Below, piece after piece: positions 6,803 to 14,915 of a stretch of 34,289 nt of DNA; position 1 is the stretch's first letter; each line of letters starts with the position of its first letter. Under the pieces are notes generated by a model, which had not been told where the DNA came from, ran no database searches, and worked only from the letters and a program-made list of their open reading frames with translations. The stretch spans positions 1 to 34,289 of the IMG/VR virus record IMGVR_UViG_3300020045_004723; one strand, 5' to 3'. The stretch is from a virus (Duplodnaviria; Caudoviricetes). The position numbers and the translations under genes are program-made.

Positions 6803-7180
6803 TTAGTATTTAAAGTATCGATTACGTTTTTTAGTCCTTAATTCACGAATCACAAAGAATAATAACATTAACACACCACATGCCCACATAATAATGCTAC
6901 TGCTTTCAAATCCCCAAGGCTTAAAGGTAATTATAATCATACGTAATCCAAAGCTAAACATACAGGCGTATAAATATTTATCATTACAATCATCCATGAA
7001 ACGCTTAAAGATATAGGCAATACTTAGCCCCAAAAAGGCTAAGCTACCCCATTGAAAGGAATAGCTTAGTTTGGCATTAATGCTGATAAAATGAATATTG
7101 TTAAGCAATGCGGCATAGTATAATAACCAATGCAAGCAAAAGCAAAAACCTATACCGTATTCTCTTAAAAACCTATTCAC
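6803..7180 (-). CDS. Four-TM membrane protein
   Basis: Four hydrophobic helices and a basic C-tail. GTG at 7180 overlaps the stop of the upstream peptide; alternative starts are 7225 and 7294. Confidence 0.75.
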   Translation of the reverse strand: MNRFLREYGIGFCFCLHWLLYYAALLNNIHFISINAKLSYSFQWGSLAFLGLSIAYIFKRFMDDCNDKYLYACMFSFGLRMIIITFKPWGFESSSIIMWACGVLMLLFFVIRELRTKKRNRYFKY

Positions 7181-7310
7181 CCGATTTAGGTGCTGTTGGA
7201 ATTTCAACTTCAACCCATTTGTCATTTTCGCAAATGTAGTCCTTTGTGCCCGCTGGCCTAGGTACCCCGCCGCAAGTATCTGGCTCTTGTTCATGTAATT
7301 GTTTTTCCAT
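7173..7310 (-). CDS. 45-aa Pro-rich two-Cys peptide, not in the ORF track
   Basis: MEKQLHEQEPDTCGGVPRPAGTKDYICENDKWVEVEIPTAPKSGE; ATG is 3 nt after a perfect TATATTTG (7321-7314). Confidence 0.7.
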   Translation of the reverse strand: MEKQLHEQEPDTCGGVPRPAGTKDYICENDKWVEVEIPTAPKSGE

Positions 7311-7333
7311 GTTCAAATATAATTAAATTTCTT

Positions 7334-8410
7334 TTATAATGTTGGTGGTGCGCTAATTGTTTGCCACGTTCCAGAGGTTCCTGTCAGCGAATTGTTTTTA
7401 ATGTAGATGGCCCCGCCCAAAATAATACTAGGGCAAAATACCATATACCCAAAGCCAACATTTGGATAAGCTGTATTTAATTGCGCTTTAGTTAAGCCTA
7501 CCGTTGCGCTATTGACTACCATATTGTTGTTTATAGCGGTTATTTGTGCTTGCAAATTTTGCATTCCATTAAGCATCGTATTAGTCGCTGTAATTGGTGT
7601 GCTAGTTCCCGTAGTGTATCCTGTTAGTGGTGTTGATAAAACCCTTGCTTGCGTAAAGTATAGATTAGTGTTTTCCGTTATCTGTGATGTAGTATAATCC
7701 CCGTTAGCAGCCACAATCGCCCCCGTTCGCCCAAATACAGAGGTGACGGGATAAGATATTACGGGTAGTGTTTGCCAGGTCTTATCACCCCTCCAGTATT
7801 GCGATGTTGTTCCTGCTGTTATAGTAGGCTCTTTACCGTTTAACGCTGTTTGCATTGCCGTACTTATGGGCTTATTGGCATCACTAGTATTATCTACATT
7901 GCCCAATCCTATATCTGCTTTTGTTGGCGTGTAAGTTATCGGCCTAAACTTTGTTGCCGTTACGGTTCTTGTATCGTAATTGGTAGCTAGATTCGTACTG
8001 TCTACAGCTATTCTAGTACTGTCCGATTTTAATACCGTTGTTAGGCTTACCAAGCCATTAGTAGACTTTCTAAAGTCTATTGTATTATCGAACGCTCCAT
8101 AAACCTTTTCGGTACTCCAATATCCAACAACGGGTCCAGAAACAGGATCAACATAAGTAGATATGATATTTAAGTGTAAAGCCGCCAAAGCAGGGCTAAG
8201 CGTTCCTGTTGGCGTTCCGTAAATAAACCTGTATTGTGTCTGTAGGTTCTGTCCGTAAACCCGGTCAACCTTATAATGCGCAGTACTTGGCATCATTGAT
8301 GGCAATAGGTTTGCATCTGGAATAGACACTGTTAATACAGGCACAACAGGAGTTTGAGCCCTTGCGAATACTGAAACGAAAAGTAATAAAATGAGTAGTT
8401 GTTTTTTCAT
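7334..8410 (-). CDS. Tail-fibre-like protein with N-terminal signal peptide
   Basis: MKKQLLILLLFVSVFARA|Q. Fibre-shaft motifs TKADIGLGNVDNTSDANKPISTA, GTTSQYWRGDKTW, VTSVFGRTG and ENTNLYFTQARV. Confidence 0.85.
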   Translation of the reverse strand: MKKQLLILLLFVSVFARAQTPVVPVLTVSIPDANLLPSMMPSTAHYKVDRVYGQNLQTQYRFIYGTPTGTLSPALAALHLNIISTYVDPVSGPVVGYWSTEKVYGAFDNTIDFRKSTNGLVSLTTVLKSDSTRIAVDSTNLATNYDTRTVTATKFRPITYTPTKADIGLGNVDNTSDANKPISTAMQTALNGKEPTITAGTTSQYWRGDKTWQTLPVISYPVTSVFGRTGAIVAANGDYTTSQITENTNLYFTQARVLSTPLTGYTTGTSTPITATNTMLNGMQNLQAQITAINNNMVVNSATVGLTKAQLNTAYPNVGFGYMVFCPSIILGGAIYIKNNSLTGTSGTWQTISAPPTL

Positions 8411-8429
8411 AATCCAAAAAATTAAAGTT

Positions 8430-8452
8430 AACCCTGACTAAAAGCCAGGGTT
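8430..8452 (-). terminator. Stem-loop over the stop codon of 8438..10321 (weak terminator or processing site)
   Basis: AACCCTGGCT-TTT-AGTCAGGGTT followed by AACTTTAATTTTTT. Confidence 0.5.
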
Positions 8453-10321
8453 TGATAAGTATTGCGCCACTAAATTATCGGCTATCCAAAAATATAAAGT
8501 TTTATCAGTTTCATCTACCCAAAAATCCCCTCGCTTACCCGTGCTTGTTGCTGTCGGTGGTGATGCATGCGTGTATGCAGATACGGGTAATAAATTTGAT
8601 AAATTCGGAGCGATAACGTTGCCTAAAGCGTTAACATGTCCAACATTATCTAAATCGTAAGCTAATTGGCTATAAGATGATATATTTCTAGTTATAAAAG
8701 GTAAAAAACCACTTCCATCTATTTTTAATATACCCAAATCATTCCTTAAATATGCATTACCTTGAATATCCAATGTGCTTGTCGTTGCTACCGCTCCATT
8801 AAAGGTAAGATTAACATTTGTTGTGGACCCCCTTGAAGTTACCGTTTGTAAAGTTTCATTTCCTATAGTTCTAGAAAAAGTTGTTTTATTTACAAATTCT
8901 CTACTAATGTCTAGTGAATCTACCAATAAGTTTTTAAACGGCTCTACGGAATACAGCGGACTAGCTTTTATCGTATTGGCTATTAAAATATTACCCGCCC
9001 CATTGGGGTGCGTTCCGTCACCACTATCATAAGTTGCAGACAAATTAGAGCCAGAACCAAGCAAAGGCGTATAAGTATCGATGGTTGAGTTTGGATATTC
9101 ACCAAATAGATAGTTCTTAAAATCAAGCATACTCCTGTTATTGTTTGGTGGAGGGCATAGCTTTATAACTTGAATGCCGTTAACCTCTAACTTGTTTACT
9201 ATTTTCTTATAATTATCTTTCCATGTAGTAAAGTCATCGTTAGTACCGATCATCAAGTATACCTTTTTAGGCTGAATACTTATGATCTCATTAATTCTCA
9301 ATAGAACTTCGCTTGATCTGTCACCTGGCCCAGCGTTTGACTGTCCACCAATCAATATACTCCATCTACCATTAACAGACCCCGCGTTATACCCATGTGT
9401 AATAGAATCTCCGCCACCAATAGAGCCGCCTTTTTTCGTTTTTGATGAATATGTTATTGATAAAATTTCATATTGCGCACCTCCTCCGTCTGGTGAAATT
9501 GTCGGGTAAGCCGTATTATGTGTAAAGGCCCTTTGCCCTAAGGTAAATGGTATTGATAATGAATATACTATTTGATTTCCCTTTGATATATTTTTTGTGG
9601 TGATCGTGTAGTTTTCTGCCTGTCCTGTAAAATTCAGTTCTAATATATCGCCTGTTACATAGTTTGGTAGATGTTGACTTCCCGTTGTTGACGAGTTGTC
9701 AAAGATAGCATAAGTCGATATCGCGTTAGATGCCTCATTATAATATGCGTATTGGCTAACGTTGTTAAATGAGCTTTCAAATCCAACTTGCAGTCCATAA
9801 GCTGATGTAACCGCGTTTGTGATTCTATACCTAACGGTAAACGTATATTCATCCAATGCAGTCGGATTATTTAGCCTTAACTTATTGGTAGTACCAGGAG
9901 GTATATTTATTTTACCATTTGTAATGGAATAACCAGATACGGGTATAAAATCGGATAAATCATTAAAATAACTATTTGTATAAATAATACCCAAAGAATC
10001 CTTTTTACCTATTCCAGCCTTAGTATTTGCAAATGCTTTACTTGCAATATTCGTAGTATCAACCCTAAACTGTTGACCAACCAAGCTCATTCCGTAGCCA
10101 GCGGTGTAAGGCGTAGAACCTGCCGCTATCAGTTGCTTGACTTTCCATGCCGAATAGAAATACGCAAATCCTTGCTGCCCCAAACTTGCTCTCCTATTTG
10201 TGTCAGATCCAACGATCTGTTGCTGATAAGTCCATCCGCCAGTAAGCCAGGGAGCGGTCTGCCCCTTAACGCCCAAACCAAGCCCAATCAATAGGGCTAA
10301 TAATATTATTTTTTGTTTCAT
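8438..10321 (-). CDS. SGNH/GDSL esterase-containing fibre/spike-like protein with signal peptide
   Basis: MKQKIILLALLIGLGLGVKG|Q. SGNH blocks GDSITHG, G, IGTND and DGTHPN. Fibre motifs TLQTVTSRG and PPTATSTGKRGDFWVD. Confidence 0.88.
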   Translation of the reverse strand: MKQKIILLALLIGLGLGVKGQTAPWLTGGWTYQQQIVGSDTNRRASLGQQGFAYFYSAWKVKQLIAAGSTPYTAGYGMSLVGQQFRVDTTNIASKAFANTKAGIGKKDSLGIIYTNSYFNDLSDFIPVSGYSITNGKINIPPGTTNKLRLNNPTALDEYTFTVRYRITNAVTSAYGLQVGFESSFNNVSQYAYYNEASNAISTYAIFDNSSTTGSQHLPNYVTGDILELNFTGQAENYTITTKNISKGNQIVYSLSIPFTLGQRAFTHNTAYPTISPDGGGAQYEILSITYSSKTKKGGSIGGGDSITHGYNAGSVNGRWSILIGGQSNAGPGDRSSEVLLRINEIISIQPKKVYLMIGTNDDFTTWKDNYKKIVNKLEVNGIQVIKLCPPPNNNRSMLDFKNYLFGEYPNSTIDTYTPLLGSGSNLSATYDSGDGTHPNGAGNILIANTIKASPLYSVEPFKNLLVDSLDISREFVNKTTFSRTIGNETLQTVTSRGSTTNVNLTFNGAVATTSTLDIQGNAYLRNDLGILKIDGSGFLPFITRNISSYSQLAYDLDNVGHVNALGNVIAPNLSNLLPVSAYTHASPPTATSTGKRGDFWVDETDKTLYFWIADNLVAQYLSNPGF

Positions 10322-10324
10322 ATT

Positions 10325-11827
10325 TTAAATATAGTTTACCGTACCCCCATTTGCAAGTACATATTGTAAATCTCCATCTGGTGAACCTGCGTTATTTGTT
10401 GCGAAAGCTGTTGGAATCGTAACTTCTAATCCCGTTATTCCGCTAAAAACAGAATCAAATGCAGGGGAACTTCCTAACCCATTTGGAGCAACTAGCATAG
10501 GTAATGATATAGTTTTCCCATTCAAACCTGTTGCTCCTTGAAATGCAACCGGATCTATGTTGTTTACCGAACCAAAGTTTTGAACACCAGCAAGGCCAAG
10601 TGCTGTACAATTCTGAAAAGCGTAAAGGTTTATCTTTATTGCTGATGGAATTACAATTCCGTCCAAATGAATACAATTAGCAAAACAGCTATTTCCTATT
10701 GTTCCCGTCAACCATCCCGTTAGATCTGCGAACACACTAATGTCAGAGCCGCTAAAAGTAGTACTTGCAAGTGATGTAATTCCTGTTATGGTAAATCCCT
10801 CATTACCTCCGCCAATATCACTATAATTAGTAACTATTGCGCTAGAATTACCTTTTGATATCAAATAAGATTGTAAAGCCGCAGCACTTCCAAAAGCCAT
10901 ACCTCCTATTGCGGTATTTGTGGTGCCTGGTGTTGGAGGTGTCGAAGTTCCTCCAAATATCCCCACATTTATCACATCGCCACTGATCCAAGCCGAACCA
11001 TCTGGCTTTTGAATATACAACTTGCCCTCTGACTGCTTGTAATTAAATCCTGTCACGATATCTCCATTAACCAAAACACTAAACGGTCTTTGTGATCCCG
11101 TTAAAGATAATGTAATATATGGGTTTCCGTCTGGATCGGTTATGTCGCTAAAGGCAAATGAGCGATCTACTACCAACGGTACATTAGTACTTTCGGATGA
11201 ATTACCATCAGCAATGTAAGGCAACGCTCCAGATGATGAATTAGGTACGTAAATGTAGCTAACAATAATATTATCGTTTGGCGTTGTTGGCTTTGTTGAA
11301 TCCGGGTTAGCCGAAGCGGTTCCAAAAGCATAGGTAATGCTATTGGCTGTATCGGCAAATATCGCATCAATACGATCTAAGTTTATATCAGCTATAGGTA
11401 CTGTAAATTGTGTCTGTACAGCTTTTTGGTAAATAAAGTTGTTAATTCCCCATTGGCCAGCCGAAACAGTAACCACCATTTCGGCAATACGTGTTTGCAG
11501 ATTGATGTTTCCATCGACTATATTGATGCCTAAGTTGACCGTTCTTTTTAATACCCATGATCCACTTGTTTTTTTCCAAAACGCAAGCGTAGCACCGTCT
11601 TGTATATAAATATCTCCATCTGATCCCAAATTATTTAATGGGTTAGCAGAACCGCCCAATATATCAAATTCATTGATCTTATTTACGATAGGCAATAATG
11701 TTGTTAATATATCGGTTATCGAAGTTCCTACATCAACAGGATCGATGCTTTCGGGCGTGTTCTTAGCTGTTACCCTTTGGTTTATCGAAAGCTTTGCGGC
11801 ATCAAATAGCTGACTGTAGTTAGGCAT
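10325..11827 (-). CDS. Tail fibre / receptor-binding protein with C-terminal BspA-type leucine-rich repeats
   Basis: Follows the tail-tip genes. P.N.LG.DGDIY...W.K..G.W fibre motif; repeats IGNSCFANCIHL, INLYAFQNCTAL and IDPVAFQGATGL. Confidence 0.8.
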   Translation of the reverse strand: MPNYSQLFDAAKLSINQRVTAKNTPESIDPVDVGTSITDILTTLLPIVNKINEFDILGGSANPLNNLGSDGDIYIQDGATLAFWKKTSGSWVLKRTVNLGINIVDGNINLQTRIAEMVVTVSAGQWGINNFIYQKAVQTQFTVPIADINLDRIDAIFADTANSITYAFGTASANPDSTKPTTPNDNIIVSYIYVPNSSSGALPYIADGNSSESTNVPLVVDRSFAFSDITDPDGNPYITLSLTGSQRPFSVLVNGDIVTGFNYKQSEGKLYIQKPDGSAWISGDVINVGIFGGTSTPPTPGTTNTAIGGMAFGSAAALQSYLISKGNSSAIVTNYSDIGGGNEGFTITGITSLASTTFSGSDISVFADLTGWLTGTIGNSCFANCIHLDGIVIPSAIKINLYAFQNCTALGLAGVQNFGSVNNIDPVAFQGATGLNGKTISLPMLVAPNGLGSSPAFDSVFSGITGLEVTIPTAFATNNAGSPDGDLQYVLANGGTVNYI

Positions 11828-11835
11828 GGCTAAAG

Positions 11836-13767
11836 TTAATTAAATTCTTGTGTAAATTCTTCTGTAAATATACCATTATTTGTATTTGCGTTTGGATCTT
11901 GTACGAAATCTGGATCTGGCATATTTGGATATGACGGAACGCTGTTATCGCTACTTCTTGCCGCCCTGTCGAAAATCTCCGCTAAAACCCCGTTTTCCAA
12001 TTGCCTTGTCTTTAGGTTAAAGTCACCGCCCAACATTACAAATTGCTTTCTGCTGAATGCTGGGGAATTTACCACGTCAAAACTAAACACATCAAGATAG
12101 GCAAATCCACGCGTAGCTTCTTCCCTTAATTGTAGACTTCCGTTCCATTTACGAAACGGCTTTTGATAACCTGTTAATATTGATTTAGCCAACGCAAGCC
12201 CAAAAGCGACTTTGTCAGAAGTTGCGCCTGTATATTCATACCATTTTTCAGTATATTTTCCGTTGTATTTTATCGCGTACAAATTATCTAAAGGCTGCAA
12301 ATAATCGGCTCTGTAAAAATAGTCGCCAAATAATAACTCCTTAGTTTCGGGAACTTCGCTAAATACCCTCAAATTGTCAGAGATGCTCAATATTCCGTCT
12401 ATGTCATTATCCCCGTTTTGACTTGATTTGCTAGCAGAAATATCATCTATATCGATTGGATCGTATTGGGATATATCATTACTTTGAAAGGTTGCGGGAA
12501 AAGTAATAAAAGGCGTTGGCTTATATTCCTCCGTTCTTATGGTTTGTATTTTCTGGAATCCGAATAACTGAATAATCAAAGCACCTGTTACGGGGCATTC
12601 CGGTATGTTGAAGTTAATCAAGAAATTGGATAAGTCACCTTGCGGATTATCGATAATATTACTGATGGTCGCTACTTGATTAACCCAAACGTAACTGTTG
12701 CCATAATCAGCATTATATAGATAATAATTTCCGCACTTAATCCGAATCTTGCTAATATAGAATGTTGAGTAAGTAGCGGGTATGTCGTATGTTGAACTTC
12801 CTTGACTAGCTTGCACCGTTCCGCTTGTAGTCCCCGTCCCTGCAGTTTTACCAACCCTGTACTGAATCTTTAAGGTATCACCCGATTGAACAGGAATATC
12901 TGAATGCTGAATGTATCTTGATTGTTGAGCTACTTGATTAAATCTCAATGCATAATCTTGAATAGGCACTTGAAGCCCTGTAGAATTGGTAACGGTTCTT
13001 TGTATCCTGCTAACTGATATATTGCCATACTTTACCCAAAACTCCCAATTCTGCCCGTCGTAAACTTCAAAATCCCCGTTAGTAATTACAGATGGAGCTT
13101 TGCCAAATAAAGAAAGTACTCGAACCCTTTTGTAGGCGTTCTGTATTTCAATTTCTGCATCAGATAAAGCGATTACGTCCTTTGGCGTGATTGGCGGATT
13201 TGGTGGTGTTATTGGTTCTGCGCCAGCTAATATTACAACTTGTTTGCTTGCTAAACATCCATCACTAGCCCTAACCGTTAAGTTATATGTTCCCGGTAAT
13301 AAATTGGTAAATACATTGCTGACTTGATAAAATATACCATCTAATGAATATCCTGTAGAAATTCCATTTGTAGTAGCCGTTATTGTGCCGTTACTAAGTC
13401 CTGATTCCGTCTCGTCAGTATGCGTTTCGTTCACGGTAAGATATTCACATGATGGAGCAACAGAACACGATGGACTGTCTTCTATCACCTCAACAACTCC
13501 GAAAGGAAAGTATTTATTAAACCTTACCACTGTCAAGTCGGCTTCATTGCAATTTTGATAAATGATATCCCCCTCAACAGGCGCAACAGGATAATTGCCG
13601 TCAACATCTGGCAAATCCCCATAAGCCAAATAATCTTCATATATCAATGCTGGACCGCCTCCATTGTTTAGCGTGGCGGTTATTGCGTTTCCTCCATAAG
13701 TCTCTACATTAACAATGTCCTGTTTGCCACTTTCCCTAACCCCTATAAAAGTATAAATAACTGCCAT
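11836..13767 (-). CDS. Tail-tip protein with one SprB-like repeat
   Basis: Position after the tape measure. GTITAT...YSLDG..YQ.SNVFTNL.PGTY.LTV..SDGC is SprB-like; ITNGDF CBM-like start; C-terminal GIFTEEFTQEFN. Confidence 0.8.
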   Translation of the reverse strand: MAVIYTFIGVRESGKQDIVNVETYGGNAITATLNNGGGPALIYEDYLAYGDLPDVDGNYPVAPVEGDIIYQNCNEADLTVVRFNKYFPFGVVEVIEDSPSCSVAPSCEYLTVNETHTDETESGLSNGTITATTNGISTGYSLDGIFYQVSNVFTNLLPGTYNLTVRASDGCLASKQVVILAGAEPITPPNPPITPKDVIALSDAEIEIQNAYKRVRVLSLFGKAPSVITNGDFEVYDGQNWEFWVKYGNISVSRIQRTVTNSTGLQVPIQDYALRFNQVAQQSRYIQHSDIPVQSGDTLKIQYRVGKTAGTGTTSGTVQASQGSSTYDIPATYSTFYISKIRIKCGNYYLYNADYGNSYVWVNQVATISNIIDNPQGDLSNFLINFNIPECPVTGALIIQLFGFQKIQTIRTEEYKPTPFITFPATFQSNDISQYDPIDIDDISASKSSQNGDNDIDGILSISDNLRVFSEVPETKELLFGDYFYRADYLQPLDNLYAIKYNGKYTEKWYEYTGATSDKVAFGLALAKSILTGYQKPFRKWNGSLQLREEATRGFAYLDVFSFDVVNSPAFSRKQFVMLGGDFNLKTRQLENGVLAEIFDRAARSSDNSVPSYPNMPDPDFVQDPNANTNNGIFTEEFTQEFN

Positions 13768-14915
13768 TACATTGCTCCCCCTATTCTTCTTTTGTTTGCT
13801 ACGTTTTGCGAAGTTAAGCGTAACCCTGTATAGTTGTATGTTCTTTGCCTTACTATTTCCTGCGAAAGCTCGTTAATCCTTACAAAATGCCATTCACCAT
13901 CAGACTGAACCATAAACATGCCCCAGGCTTTACATACTTCCTCTAAAACCTTGAAACACGTTAATGTTGCGCCCTTATCGTCGCTTAAACGTAAAGGGTT
14001 TATAGTAGCTATATCTAATGGATCATCACCTAAATTAGTTGGCATATTATCAGCGTAAAGGTTGCAAATTGTATTTATGTTTAGGTTAAGATTAGTTGAT
14101 GAAAGGCAATAACAAATAACACCTATAAAGCTTTGCGACAAATCAAAAGTTCCTCCCAATGGAATTGGGTATGTAACTGTTTTTAGGCTTTGTATAGCAT
14201 CTGTACACTTGATGGATACGATGTTTTTCTCAAATTCAAATCCCTCACGGCATGAATCTGGAATAACATATCCTTTTGCCCTAACCCTGCCCGCCTCGAT
14301 AACTGTAGCCCGAAACGTTCTTTCATCCTCACTATAAAATTCCTCCAGCTCAAAGTTGGCTGTTTCAACAAACGTAAGCGTAAATTCCATTGGCCTTATT
14401 GGCTCAAACTTATTATCTACCTCTTGATAATTAATAACCGATACCGATTCCCCTCCAAAATCTATGGCTATAGGATCGCCCGTATATTCTTTCTTTTCAA
14501 TTAATATTTGTGACTGTAATCCCTCGAAATTACAATAATCATAAGTTTTATAAGGCGCATAAGTAGGATTACCGAATGGATTAAATGGTACGTGTGGTTG
14601 TGGCAATGGTGTTTCATATCCACATTGCGGATCGTTCAAAGCGTCAGTAACGACAACAAAAGGCCTTTCATCAATTGCCGTTACGTGATATCTTGTAAAT
14701 GTATCTAGGTTGCAAAACTCCGTAATATCATTGCCAGGTGCATATCTTCTATCTGTCCAAGCATAGTCAGAAACACGATCAAGGTTTATACTTTCGCTCG
14801 TCGTATCTTCATTTCGCACAACTCCACCATCAGAAACATAAATCCTAATACCACGCTTGGCGGCAAATGCTCCAGACCTTTTTACGTTAAATTCATCTAC
14901 GATATATTCAGCCAT
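13767..14915 (-). CDS. Tail-tip/hub protein
   Basis: Immediately downstream of the tape measure with TAATG coupling. GYVIPD...IKCTDAI.SLK and LEEVCKAWG..MVQSDGEW resemble tail-hub proteins. Confidence 0.75.
   Translation of the reverse strand: MAEYIVDEFNVKRSGAFAAKRGIRIYVSDGGVVRNEDTTSESINLDRVSDYAWTDRRYAPGNDITEFCNLDTFTRYHVTAIDERPFVVVTDALNDPQCGYETPLPQPHVPFNPFGNPTYAPYKTYDYCNFEGLQSQILIEKKEYTGDPIAIDFGGESVSVINYQEVDNKFEPIRPMEFTLTFVETANFELEEFYSEDERTFRATVIEAGRVRAKGYVIPDSCREGFEFEKNIVSIKCTDAIQSLKTVTYPIPLGGTFDLSQSFIGVICYCLSSTNLNLNINTICNLYADNMPTNLGDDPLDIATINPLRLSDDKGATLTCFKVLEEVCKAWGMFMVQSDGEWHFVRINELSQEIVRQRTYNYTGLRLTSQNVANKRRIGGAM

Noticed and set aside
7181-7294. N-terminal 38 aa of the 163-aa ORF
   Set aside because: Overlaps the better-supported 45-aa peptide in another frame; GTG at 7180 gives a coupled start.
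7334-14915. Diversity-generating retroelement or invertible fibre cassette
   Set aside because: No reverse transcriptase or invertase and no near-identical TR/VR repeat pair seen in this window by eye.
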